This document shows, one piece after another, positions 1 to 11,171 of a stretch of 64,000 bases of DNA (position 1 is its first letter; each line of letters opens with the position of its first letter). The stretch spans positions 128,001-192,000 of the forward strand of contig CAWKBC010000014.1 in NCBI GenBank assembly GCA_963847705.1. Reading direction: 5' to 3'. A program made the position numbers and the translations under genes. The notes under the pieces are model-generated. The model saw only the letters and a list, made by a program, of their open reading frames with translations. It did no database searches and was not told the origin of the DNA. This DNA is from an uncultured Pseudomonadota bacterium. Lineage in GTDB: Bacteria > Myxococcota_A > Polyangia > Fen-1088.

Positions 1-1713
1 CACAGCGAAAAAACACCCTCGTTCACCGTCCACGAGCCCCGGCAGTTCTTCCACTGCTTCGGCTGCGACGAAAAGGGGGACGCCATAAGCTTCCTGGTCA
101 AGATCGAGCAACGTCCGTTCATGGACGTTCTGACCGACTTGGCCCAGGCGGCGGGCGTCGATCTGGAGGTCCGGCCGCTCACGCCGGCCGAGGTCAAGGC
201 GCGCAAGGAGGCCGAGTCCGAGCGCGACCGGATGCTGCGCGCGCTCGATCTGGCGGCCGCCTTTTTCGAGGACCAGTACCTCTCGCCCGCCGGCGCGGCC
301 GCGCGCGCCTACGTCGAGGGGCGCGGCATCGGCACGGCCGTGCGCGAGAGGTTCCGCGTCGGCTACGCCCCGGCGCGCTGGGATGGCCTCTCGTCGCACC
401 TGGCCAGCAAGAAGATCCCCGTCTCCGACCTGGAGCGGCTGGGCCTCTGCGCGGTCAACGAGCGCGGGCGCTACGACTTCTTCCGCGACCGGGTGATGCT
501 GCCGGTGATCGATCGCCAGAAGCGCGTGGTCGGTTTCGGCAGCCGCCTCCTCGATCCGGACGCCAAGGATCGCAAGTACGTCAACTCGCCCGAGTCGCCG
601 CTCTTTCACAAGAAGGAGCAGCTCTATGGCCTGCACGCCGCGCTGGAGGCGATCCGCAAGACCGGCAGCGCCGTGGTCGTCGAGGGGAACTTCGACGTGC
701 TCGCGCTGCACGAGGCGGGCATCGAAGAGGCAATCGCGCCGATGGGGACCGCTCTCACCGTCGAGCAGGTGTCGGCGCTCGGACGTATCGCCAAGACGGT
801 CACGGTGGTGTTCGACGGCGACAGCGCCGGGCAGCGCGCGGCGCAGAAGGCGGTGCCGCTGTTCATCGACGGCGAGGTCGACGGCCGGGTGGCGCGTCTG
901 CCAGCCGGGTTCGATCCCGACGACTTCGTGCGCCGCAGCGACGACGGCGCTGCCACGTTCCGGCGCATGGTCGACGGGGCGCGGCCGATGCTCGATCAGT
1001 TCATCCAGGACAGCGTCGAGGAGAGCAGCATCGAAGGCAAGCTGGCGACGCTGGAGAAGGTCGCTGAGCTCCTGGTCCGGGTCCGGAACCAGACCAAGCG
1101 CGAGCTCTACGCCGGGCAGCTGGCCGGCGTGCTCGGCCTGACCACCCTTCAGGTCAAGCGCGCGCTGCAGGAGGCCGCGACGCGCGCCCACCGCGGCAGC
1201 CACACGGCGCCCGGCGCCGAGGCGGCGGCGCCTGCCGAGACCCCCGTCGCAGCCGCCCCGGTGCGGCTGCCGCCGGAGGAGCTGCACGTGATCGTGCTCC
1301 TGGCCCGCTACCCCGAGCTCTTGCGCGCGCCCGAGGCCGCCCGCGCCGGGGAGCTGCTGCTGCACCCGACGCTTCGCCAGCTGTACCGGACGGCCGCCGC
1401 CATGGTCGCCGAGACCGGCAAGCTCGACGTGCCGGCCTGGCTGGACGCCGCGCCGGTCGATCAGCGCAAGACGGTGACGGCCGGCCTCATGGACGGAAGC
1501 CTGGCCGAGGTCGCCGATCCGACTGGCCTCCTCCGCAAGCTGGCCACCCGGCTTGAGCTTCTGCGGCTGGACGCCGAGATCGAAATGAGCGCGCGGCTGT
1601 CGCGGGAGGCCCACGCGCGGGGGGACGAGGCGGCGCAGCGCGCGCTGTCGATCCGCGGAATCGAGCTTCGTAAAACCAAAGAAGGGCTGCAGGCAGCCCT
1701 GCAGAGGCCTTAG
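1..1713 (+). CDS. dnaG: DNA primase, 5'-truncated by window edge
   Basis: Frame 1 from base 1 reads [10 protein letters not shown]...FHCFGC (CHC2 zinc finger); [17 protein letters not shown] and FDGDSAG TOPRIM motifs; directly upstream of rpoD. Confidence 0.97.
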   Translation, partial: HSEKTPSFTVHEPRQFFHCFGCDEKGDAISFLVKIEQRPFMDVLTDLAQAAGVDLEVRPLTPAEVKARKEAESERDRMLRALDLAAAFFEDQYLSPAGAAARAYVEGRGIGTAVRERFRVGYAPARWDGLSSHLASKKIPVSDLERLGLCAVNERGRYDFFRDRVMLPVIDRQKRVVGFGSRLLDPDAKDRKYVNSPESPLFHKKEQLYGLHAALEAIRKTGSAVVVEGNFDVLALHEAGIEEAIAPMGTALTVEQVSALGRIAKTVTVVFDGDSAGQRAAQKAVPLFIDGEVDGRVARLPAGFDPDDFVRRSDDGAATFRRMVDGARPMLDQFIQDSVEESSIEGKLATLEKVAELLVRVRNQTKRELYAGQLAGVLGLTTLQVKRALQEAATRAHRGSHTAPGAEAAAPAETPVAAAPVRLPPEELHVIVLLARYPELLRAPEAARAGELLLHPTLRQLYRTAAAMVAETGKLDVPAWLDAAPVDQRKTVTAGLMDGSLAEVADPTGLLRKLATRLELLRLDAEIEMSARLSREAHARGDEAAQRALSIRGIELRKTKEGLQAALQRP

Positions 1714-1717
1714 GGAC

Positions 1718-3646
<1,929 letters not shown>

Positions 3647-3767
3647 GAGGGGCGGAAGGGGCTTTGCCCCTCCCACCGGCCCACCCCACGGAGTGAAGTG
3701 GGCCCGGATCTGCTCGGCAGGTAAGTCTCCGGCGGGCAAAGCCCGCCTCCGATCAACCAGGAGAGAG

Positions 3768-4274
3768 ATGCGATTCGCGGTCAAGATCGATGGTCGGGAG
3801 CGGATCGTCGAGCTGGACGAGGCCGGCAAGCCGCGCGTGGACGGCGTCGTGTGGGACGTCGAGATCGTCGAGGCGGAGCGCGGCGTCTGGCTGTTGCGGC
3901 ACGACGGCCAGCAGACGGTCGCGGTCGTCGACGGGGCGGGCGCGAAGACGGTCGTGGAGATCCGGCGGCCCGGCGCCGACCCGCTGGTGCTGGCCGCCGA
4001 GGTGACCGACGCCCGGCGGGCGAAGATCGCCGTGCCGGCCCGCGCGGGCAACGACGCCGCGCCGGTCACGATGCGCTCGCCGATCCCGGGGCGGGTCGTC
4101 AAGCTGCTGGTGAAGGTGGACGACACGGTGAAGGCCGGTCAGACCGTCATCGTCCTCGAGGCGATGAAGATGGAGAACGAGCTCCGTGCGCCGCGCCACG
4201 GCCGGGTCTCGATCGTCCGGTGCGCGGAGGGGGCAGCGGTGGAAGCGGGCCAGGATCTCGTCACGATCGCGTAG
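3768..4274 (+). CDS. Biotin/lipoyl carrier protein (acyl-CoA carboxylase BCCP subunit)
   Basis: LEAMKMENE biotinylation motif; ATG 3768 after AGGAGAG. Confidence 0.88.
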   Translation: MRFAVKIDGRERIVELDEAGKPRVDGVVWDVEIVEAERGVWLLRHDGQQTVAVVDGAGAKTVVEIRRPGADPLVLAAEVTDARRAKIAVPARAGNDAAPVTMRSPIPGRVVKLLVKVDDTVKAGQTVIVLEAMKMENELRAPRHGRVSIVRCAEGAAVEAGQDLVTIA

Positions 4275-4307
4275 ACGAAGCCCGGCAACGCCCGTAGTCT
4301 CAACCCG

Positions 4308-4955
4308 ATGCTCGCGGTTGCCGTTCTGGCCTCGTGGTTGGCGCAGGCCGAGCCGGCACCGACGGAACCGTCGCCGGCAACGCCGGCCGCCCCGCTGGTG
4401 GTGACCCCGCCGCCACCGCCGTCGCCGTTCGACAAACGGGTCGCCGTGTACGCAGGGCTCAGCCATCGTCTCGGGCCCGAAGGGAAGAGCATCGGTCCGG
4501 CCAACGGCCCCTCGTTCGGGGGCAGCTTCGCGCGCCGTTACTGGGCGTCCCCGGAGGGTTTCGATCTCGACCTGGGGCTCGACTTCTTCTACGACCAGTT
4601 CGAGACCGACCTGCTCGGAACGACCATCTCGCAGACCAGCTTCGCGCTCACGCAGACGGCCGGCTGGCGCTGGCGCCGGTTGCGCCCCTTCGCCCAGGTC
4701 GCCGCCGGCGTCGCCATCGGGTACGTCTCGATCCCCAACGGAAACCTCGACTCCACGCAGCCGCTGGTGCGCGGCGCGGCCGGCCTCGACGTGGCGATCA
4801 CACCAAACATCGGGGTGTCGCTGCGCCTGGCCTACACACTCTTCTTCTCCCGACCAACCGTCACCACCGACGTCACCCCGCCCGCGACCCCGATGACCTA
4901 CTCCCCGCTCGGCAATCTGCTCGACGCCGATCTGGGCGTGGTCATGCTGTTCTGA
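4308..4955 (+). CDS. Putative small outer-membrane beta-barrel protein
   Basis: Signal-like N-terminus, Pro-rich linker, amphipathic beta strands, C-terminal Phe. Confidence 0.6.
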   Translation: MLAVAVLASWLAQAEPAPTEPSPATPAAPLVVTPPPPPSPFDKRVAVYAGLSHRLGPEGKSIGPANGPSFGGSFARRYWASPEGFDLDLGLDFFYDQFETDLLGTTISQTSFALTQTAGWRWRRLRPFAQVAAGVAIGYVSIPNGNLDSTQPLVRGAAGLDVAITPNIGVSLRLAYTLFFSRPTVTTDVTPPATPMTYSPLGNLLDADLGVVMLF

Positions 4956-4959
4956 TCCC

Positions 4960-6045
4960 ATGGGCCGCCGCGCGCTCACCCTCTGTCTTCTTCTCGTGCC
5001 GGCCGTCGGCCTCGGCGCGCTCGGCCTGTTGATGGTCGCGGCGGCGCCCGCGCGCCCGGGCGCCGCAGGCGTCGGCGCGCCCGCCCACTATGCGGTCCGC
5101 CAGTTGGTCGGGCTCGGCTGCGGCGCCGCGCTGGGTGCCCTCCTGGCGCGTCTCGGAACGCGGCGCCTCTTCGCCGCCGCACCGCTCGTTTTTCTGGCGG
5201 CGCTGGCGCTCACGCTGGCGGTGTTCGCCCCGGGCATCGGCGTGCGGGCGGCGGGGGCGCGGCGTTGGGTCCACCTCGGCTTCTTGTCGGGCGGCCCTGC
5301 CCCTTTTCTTCTGGGCGCGGTGGCGTTGCTGGTCGCTGCCGCCCGTGACCCCCGGGCGCGGCGTCTGGCGGTCGCCGGCGCGCTGCTGGCGGTGCTGGCG
5401 CTGGTCATCGAGCCGGACTTCTCGGCCGCGGCGATCGCCCTGGCGGTGGCGTTCGCCGCGCTGGCCGGCGGGGGCGTGGCCGGGCGGCGCCTGCTGCCGG
5501 CGGCGGGCCTGTTGCTCATCGCGCTGGCGATCGGCGCGACGCGCTTCGGATACGTCGACAACCGGATCCGCGGCTTTCTTTCGCCGGAGAGCGATCGCCG
5601 CGGCAAGGGGTTCGAGGTGCTGGCCCTGGCGCACGCCAACGCCGCCGGCGCGGCGCGCGGCGTCGGGCTCGGCCGAGGCAGCTCGCGCCATCGGCTGTCG
5701 TCGCCCGCCAGCGACTACGCCTTCGCGATGGTCGGGGAGGAGCTGGGACCGGCCGGCGCCTTCGGGGTCCTCGCCGCCTGGCTGGCCATCGGCGCGGGCG
5801 TGGTGCTGGCCGCGCGCTCGCCGGCCGCCCGCCACGATCCGTCCGCGCGTGCCGCGGTGGCCGGCCTCGGCACCGCGCTCGGGGCCCCGGTCGCGCTGCA
5901 CATCGCCGTCTGCCGGGGGTGGCTCCCGATCATCGGCGTGACCATGCCGCTCCTCAGCTACGATCCGGCGTTGACCGTCGCCTCGGGCGCCGAGCTGGGG
6001 TTGCTGGCGGCGATCGTGCTAGACGCTCGGGCAGAGCTCGCGTGA
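4960..6045 (+). CDS. SEDS family (FtsW/RodA/SpoVE-like) membrane protein, divergent
   Basis: GARRW, EPDFS, SDYAFAMVGEELG, LPIIGVTMPLLSY motifs; multiple TM segments. Confidence 0.8.
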   Translation: MGRRALTLCLLLVPAVGLGALGLLMVAAAPARPGAAGVGAPAHYAVRQLVGLGCGAALGALLARLGTRRLFAAAPLVFLAALALTLAVFAPGIGVRAAGARRWVHLGFLSGGPAPFLLGAVALLVAAARDPRARRLAVAGALLAVLALVIEPDFSAAAIALAVAFAALAGGGVAGRRLLPAAGLLLIALAIGATRFGYVDNRIRGFLSPESDRRGKGFEVLALAHANAAGAARGVGLGRGSSRHRLSSPASDYAFAMVGEELGPAGAFGVLAAWLAIGAGVVLAARSPAARHDPSARAAVAGLGTALGAPVALHIAVCRGWLPIIGVTMPLLSYDPALTVASGAELGLLAAIVLDARAELA

Positions 6046-6989
6046 ACCCTCTCTTCGCACCTCTCCTCGATCGCACCCTCATCGTCATCTCCGGAAAAGG
6101 AGGCGTCGGTCGGACGACGGTGGCGGCGGCGCTGGCGCGCGCGGCCGCCGACGCCGGCAAGCGGGTGCTGATCGCCGCCTCGGCCCCGACCGATCGGCTG
6201 GGGCACCTCTACGGGCGGGCGCCCCTCGGCCCCACGGTGACCACGGTGGCGCCCGGAATCGACGCGGTCAACATGACGCCCGAGAGCGCGTTGCGCGAGT
6301 ACGGCGTCCTGACCCTCCGCTCGGAGCTGGTCGCCCGCGCGCTGCTGGAGAACCGCGCCGCCCGCTCCTTCTTGAGCGCGGTGCCGGGCCTCGACGCCTA
6401 CGCTGTCCTCGGCAAGGCCTGGTGGCACACCACCGAGCGGTTGAACGGCCGCCTGCGCTACGACCTCACCATCCTCGACGGCCCGGCCAGCGGCCACGCG
6501 GCGCTCATGCTGCGGATCCCGGGCGCGATCCTCGATGCCATGTCCAAGGGACCGCTGGCCCCCGACGCCCGCGCCATCGACGAGCTGCTGCACGACCCGA
6601 GGCGGGCGGCGCTCCTCATCGTGACGCTTCCGGAGGAGTTGCCGGCGCGCGAGGCGGGCGAGCTGGCGGCGGCGCTGCGCGAGCTCCGCCTGCCGCTCGG
6701 TCCGCTGGTGGTGAACGCCGTCCCCTCGGGGGACGCGACCGCCCCCGCGCTCACCCCGATTCTGGAGCGGGCGGCGGCAGCCGCTGACCCGGCGCTGGGG
6801 GCGACGCTGCGGTTGACGATCGCCGCACGCGCGCATCGCCAGATCGCCGAGCAGACCATTGCCGGACTGCGGCGCGACCTGGGGCTGCCCATCCTCGCGC
6901 TCCCCCGTCTCCCCACCGTCGACGTCGGCCCCGCCGAAATCGCCACTCTCGCCAGGCAGCTCGCCGCAGCCCAGGTCGAGACTCCGTAG
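6042..6989 (+). CDS. ArsA/Get3-like ATPase
   Basis: ISGKGGVGRTT deviant Walker A, LDGPASGH, VTLPEELP; GTG start overlaps upstream stop. Confidence 0.8.
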   Translation: MNPLFAPLLDRTLIVISGKGGVGRTTVAAALARAAADAGKRVLIAASAPTDRLGHLYGRAPLGPTVTTVAPGIDAVNMTPESALREYGVLTLRSELVARALLENRAARSFLSAVPGLDAYAVLGKAWWHTTERLNGRLRYDLTILDGPASGHAALMLRIPGAILDAMSKGPLAPDARAIDELLHDPRRAALLIVTLPEELPAREAGELAAALRELRLPLGPLVVNAVPSGDATAPALTPILERAAAAADPALGATLRLTIAARAHRQIAEQTIAGLRRDLGLPILALPRLPTVDVGPAEIATLARQLAAAQVETP

Positions 6990-7067
6990 CCCGCGTCAGG
7001 TTTCCGACGGCGAAATGCGATTTGCGGGGCCGCGCGGCGACCGGTATCGTGGCTCACAGCGACGACT

Positions 7068-9641
7068 TTGCTTGCTCTTCACCTTCTGTCCGCCCTGCTC
7101 GCTTTAGCGCCGAACGAGGGCACCGAACCGCCCCATCTGGTCGCGGTCAAGACGCCGGCCCCGCCGCTCATCGACGGTCGCCTCGAAGATCCGGTCTGGC
7201 AGCTGGCCCCGGGCACCTCGGCGTTCACGCAATCCTTCCCTTTCGACGGCGGGCTGCCCTCGGAAAAGACCGTGCTGCGCGTGCTCTACGACGAGACGGC
7301 GATCTACATCGGGTTCGAGTGCGAGCAGCTCCACACGCCGATCGTCGAGCGCCTGACCCGCCGCGACCGCGACTCGGAGAGCGAGTGGGTCTACGTCAAC
7401 ATCGATTCGCGCAACGACGGCAAGAGCGCCTACATGTTCGCCGTCAACATCGCCGGCGTGCTCGCCGACGCACAGATCATCGACCAGACCACCTACTCCT
7501 GGGAGTGGGACGAAAACTGGGAAGCGAAGACCACCCGGACCAAGAAGGGCTGGTCGGCGGAGATCCGGATCCCGCTGCGGGTGCTGCGCTTCGACAGCAA
7601 GCTGCCGGTGCAGAGCTGGGGGTTCCAGGCCTCGCGCTTCATCGCCCAGCGGGAAGAGACCGACCTGTGGACCTACGTCCCGCGTGACGTCGCGGCGCCG
7701 ATCGCGTTCTACGGACGCCTCGATGGCCTCAGCGATCTCAGGGGGGCCGGCGCGCTGGAGCTGCAGCCCTTCGTCCTCGCCTCCGGCCAGCGGCGCGACG
7801 CCAGCCAGATGGCCGTCGGAGGCGGCACCTCGGGCAGCGCCTCGGCCGGCCTCGATCTCAAGTGGCACATCGCCCAGGACCTCACCTTCGACGCCGCGCT
7901 CAACCCGGACTTCTCCCAGGTCGAGCTCGACCAGATCATCCTGAACCTCGGCACCTACGAGACGTTCCTGCCGGAGAAGCGCCCGCTTTTCCTGGAGGGG
8001 ATCGACGCCTTCTCGTTCCCGATGCAGGTCTTCTATTCGCGCCGGATCGGCAGCGCGCCGGTGGCGCCCTCGCTGCGGAGCGATGCCTCCAGCAACGAAG
8101 AGCTGGTCAACCTCACGACGCCGGCGACGATCTACGGCGCCGGGAAGCTGGTCGGCCGCCTCAGCCCCAACTGGACGATCGGCGCGCTGAGCGCCCTCAC
8201 GGCCGCCAACAACGTCACCATCTACGACAACATCAACGAAAGAGAGACCCAGCGGCTGGCGGCGCCGATCACCGCATTCAACGTTCTGCGTCTCAAGCGC
8301 GAGCTCGGCAGCGGCGGCCACATCGGCCTCATCGGAACCGGCTCGACGACGTTCGAGAACGACGGCGGCTACCCCAAGCTGACCACCGAGAGCCTTCGCG
8401 AGCTGTGCCCCTCGGGGGCGACCCCGCCCGTCGGGAGCAACTGTTTCCACGACGCCTACGTCGGCGGCCTCGACGGTCTCTGGCGCTCGCCCTCGGGCGC
8501 CTACGTCGTCAACGGCGCGTTCATCGAGTCGTACATCCGCGGCGGGCCGGTGGTCATGCAGCCCGACGGGACGTTGATCGGCTCGGGCGCGGCGGCGCCG
8601 GGCGGGTGGCTGCGGGTGGCGAAAGAGGGGGGCAAGCACCTCACCTGGAGCGCGGAGTACACCGGCGCGGGGCGCCAGCTCGACTACAACGACCTCGGCT
8701 ACATGCAGCGGCAAAACGTGGAGACCGTGCAGGCGACTGTCGGCTGGCGGACGCTGGAGCCGGGCAAGCACACCGTCGACACCACCAGCACCCTGGTCGT
8801 CTCGGACAGCCGCAACATGTCCTGGCTCGATCTCGGGCAGGGCTACGAGCTGAACACGCGCCTCCACCTGCTCGACTTCTCGTCGGTGTTCCTGGCCGCG
8901 GACTACGCCCCCGCGCGCTTCGACGACCGCGAGGTCGGCGACGGCACCGCGCTCGAGCGCGCCGGCTACCTCGGCGGCAAGCTGGAGTACGACAGCGATC
9001 CGCGCCGCGCCGTCTACGCGACGATCGCCAACCAGACGCAAGTGATGGGCGCCGGCATCTACGCGACCAGCGTGCAGGCGAGCGCCCTGTTCCACGCGCT
9101 CCCGCAGCTCGACATCGAGATCATCCCGACGTTCACCTGGGCGGCCGGCGAGTACCGCTACGCCTGGCAGTCGGTCGGCCCGGACGACCCCTATCTGTTC
9201 GGCAAGCTGGCCGCCAAGAACGTCAGCGCCACCCTGCGCGCCAGCTACACCTTCACCCCGCGCCTCACGCTGCAGGCCTACGCGCAGGCCTTTCTCGCCT
9301 CCGGACATTTCTCCGACGTCCGCGCGATCGGCGCCCTGCCGAGCGGGCCCGGCGCGCCCCCGCGCCAGCCAGGCGGCACGGTTCACCTGTCGACGCTCGC
9401 CGGCTCTCCGGGAGTCATCCCCGGCACGAACCCCGACTTCGAAGAGGCGGCCATCAATGCCAGCGTCGTCTTCCGCTGGGAGTACCGCCTCGGTTCGACT
9501 CTCTATCTCGTGTATACCCGCTCACAAATTCCAGAGGTACAGAACCTGATGGGCCCGGCGATGCTGGCTCCGCGCGAGTTCAACCACGGCGCGGCGACCG
9601 ACGTGATTTTGCTGAAACTCTCATATTGGTGGGCCAGCTGA
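7068..9641 (+). CDS. Outer-membrane protein with N-terminal CBM9-like domain and DUF5916-like barrel
   Basis: IDGRLEDPVW, GWSAEIRIP, NPDFSQVELD, FLPEKRPLFLEG, FYSRRIG, FRWEYRLGSTLYLVY, C-terminal KLSYWW. Confidence 0.8.
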   Translation: MLALHLLSALLALAPNEGTEPPHLVAVKTPAPPLIDGRLEDPVWQLAPGTSAFTQSFPFDGGLPSEKTVLRVLYDETAIYIGFECEQLHTPIVERLTRRDRDSESEWVYVNIDSRNDGKSAYMFAVNIAGVLADAQIIDQTTYSWEWDENWEAKTTRTKKGWSAEIRIPLRVLRFDSKLPVQSWGFQASRFIAQREETDLWTYVPRDVAAPIAFYGRLDGLSDLRGAGALELQPFVLASGQRRDASQMAVGGGTSGSASAGLDLKWHIAQDLTFDAALNPDFSQVELDQIILNLGTYETFLPEKRPLFLEGIDAFSFPMQVFYSRRIGSAPVAPSLRSDASSNEELVNLTTPATIYGAGKLVGRLSPNWTIGALSALTAANNVTIYDNINERETQRLAAPITAFNVLRLKRELGSGGHIGLIGTGSTTFENDGGYPKLTTESLRELCPSGATPPVGSNCFHDAYVGGLDGLWRSPSGAYVVNGAFIESYIRGGPVVMQPDGTLIGSGAAAPGGWLRVAKEGGKHLTWSAEYTGAGRQLDYNDLGYMQRQNVETVQATVGWRTLEPGKHTVDTTSTLVVSDSRNMSWLDLGQGYELNTRLHLLDFSSVFLAADYAPARFDDREVGDGTALERAGYLGGKLEYDSDPRRAVYATIANQTQVMGAGIYATSVQASALFHALPQLDIEIIPTFTWAAGEYRYAWQSVGPDDPYLFGKLAAKNVSATLRASYTFTPRLTLQAYAQAFLASGHFSDVRAIGALPSGPGAPPRQPGGTVHLSTLAGSPGVIPGTNPDFEEAAINASVVFRWEYRLGSTLYLVYTRSQIPEVQNLMGPAMLAPREFNHGAATDVILLKLSYWWAS

Positions 9642-9752
9642 TTCGAGACTAGCGCCCACTAGTCATAGATCCTGGAACCCGGCTGGTCTTAGTCGCGGCG
9701 CGCCCGGACGCGGAGGTCGTTGAGATGACGGTCTCTGCTGGGTTGGGCGAGG

Positions 9753-9768
9753 TGGCACGATCGCTGCT
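9753..9768 (+). promoter_or_regulatory. sigma54 -24/-12 promoter (of decayed precursor copy)
   Basis: TGGCACG-ATCG-CTGCT matches TGGCACG-N4-TTGCW with one change; near-identical to the 10346 site. Confidence 0.65.
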
Positions 9769-9796
9769 TTGTCCGTGGCGTCGTTTTCAGACGACC

Positions 9797-9970
9797 ATGA
9801 CCACGACGAGGAAGAGCACGGACCTGAAAGCGAGGACGACGATCGAGCTCGGCGGTCTCAACGCCACCAACCACACCTGCGCTGGTCTCGAGGTCCGCCA
9901 GCCAGGCAACGCCGCGTCGCCATCGATCACAACTGCGGCGCCGGTCTCGTCTTGAGATCGAGCCACGCTC
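9797..9970 (+). pseudogene. Degenerate paralogue of the NHN-cassette precursor
   Basis: MTTTRKSTDLKARTTIELGGLNATNHTCAGLEVR aligns with MKTTT..GLKVKSAIKAGGL..ANHNRSALKVR; a second cassette remnant (VAIDHNCGAGLVLR) is in another frame; in-frame stop at 9955. Confidence 0.6.
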
Positions 9971-10345
9971 TCCACACCCTCGTCAGCAGAACCGCGTCGA
10001 GCGTTTACAGAGTCAGGTTCGCCAAGAAACATTGAGAGAGAACTCGGTCTCTCTCGACGGATCACGCAGCATTTTCGGTGAGCGAGAACGCGACGTGAGT
10101 TCGGGTATCGCAGGCTCACGAAAATAGTTCACGCATATCGCGTTTTCTCTGCGGCCTCACGCCGATCTCACCGCCGGTCTTCGTTCGTTCCCACGCGGGC
10201 CACCAGTTCGTCGACAAGAAACAACACGATCGATCGTGATTAGCGTCCGCTAGTCACAGATCTCGGAAGTCTCTTGGTCAGAGGCTCGCCACGCTCGCGT
10301 CTCCAAATCGTCGGAAAATCTGGCTCGCTTTTATCGCGACCGCTA

Positions 10346-10361
10346 TGGCACGGTCGCTGCA
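10346..10361 (+). promoter_or_regulatory. sigma54 -24/-12 promoter of the polyprotein precursor
   Basis: TGGCACG-GTCG-CTGCA about 60 bp upstream of ATG 10421; RBS AGGGAG at 10406-10411. Confidence 0.75.
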
Positions 10362-10420
10362 ACTCCGTGAGGTGTTCACGGAAAAAAACCTCGAGCAAAA
10401 AAATCAGGGAGACCACGATC

Positions 10421-11119
10421 ATGAAGACCACGACGACGACCACGACCGGCCTGAAGGTGAAGAGCGCGATCAAGGCTGGTGGCGGGCCTGGCTCGCTTGT
10501 CGCCAATCACAATCGCTCCGCACTCAAGGTCAAGTCGACGATCAAGGCCGGTGGACTCGGCACCGCCAATCACAATCGCTCCGCACTCAAGGTCAGGTCA
10601 GCGATCAGGGCCGGCGCCGTCGACGTACTGTCGGCCAACCACAGTCGCTCCGCACTCAAGGTCAAGTCAGCGATCAGGGCCGGCGCCGTCGACGTACTGT
10701 CGGCCAACCACAATCGCTCCGCACTCAAGGTCAGGTCAGCGATCAAGGCCGGCGGACTCGGCACCGCCAACCACAATCGCTCCGCACTCAAGGTCAGGTC
10801 AGCGATCAAGGCCGGCGGACTCGGCACCGCCAATCACAATCGCTCCGCACTCAAGGTCAAGTCAGCGATCAAGGCCGGCGGACTCGGCACCGCCAATCAC
10901 AATCGCTCCGCACTCAAGGTCAAGTCAGCGATCAAGGCCGGCGGACTCGGCACCGCCAATCACAATCGCTCCGCACTCAAGGTCAGGTCAGCGATCAAGG
11001 CCGGCGGACTCGGCACCGCCAATCACAATCGCTCCGCACTCAAGGTCAAGTCGACGATCAAGGCCGGCGGACTCGGCACCGCCAATCACAATCGCTCCGC
11101 ACTCAAGGTCAAGGAGTAG
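10421..11119 (+). CDS. 232-aa multi-cassette peptide precursor (10 double-glycine/NHN cassettes)
   Basis: RBS plus ATG; 10 units LKV(K/R)S(A/T)I(K/R)AG(G/A)-variable-ANH(N/S)RSA; all unit lengths keep frame; C39-peptidase exporter nearby. Confidence 0.85.
   Translation: MKTTTTTTTGLKVKSAIKAGGGPGSLVANHNRSALKVKSTIKAGGLGTANHNRSALKVRSAIRAGAVDVLSANHSRSALKVKSAIRAGAVDVLSANHNRSALKVRSAIKAGGLGTANHNRSALKVRSAIKAGGLGTANHNRSALKVKSAIKAGGLGTANHNRSALKVKSAIKAGGLGTANHNRSALKVRSAIKAGGLGTANHNRSALKVKSTIKAGGLGTANHNRSALKVKE
10451..11113 (+). repeat. Coding tandem repeat of 63/69/72-bp units
   Basis: Recurrent GCCAATCACAATCGCTCCGCACTCAAGGTCA(A/G)GTC; seven 63-bp, two 69-bp and one 72-bp unit. Confidence 0.95.
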
Positions 11120-11171
11120 TCAACGTAGGCGGCACGGGAGATGCTGGGGGCCATCCACATCGGATCCCAAC

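Noticed and set aside
10451-11113. CRISPR array
   Set aside because: The variable parts are short, mostly identical and always keep frame; the region has an RBS and one open frame; no cas genes are present.
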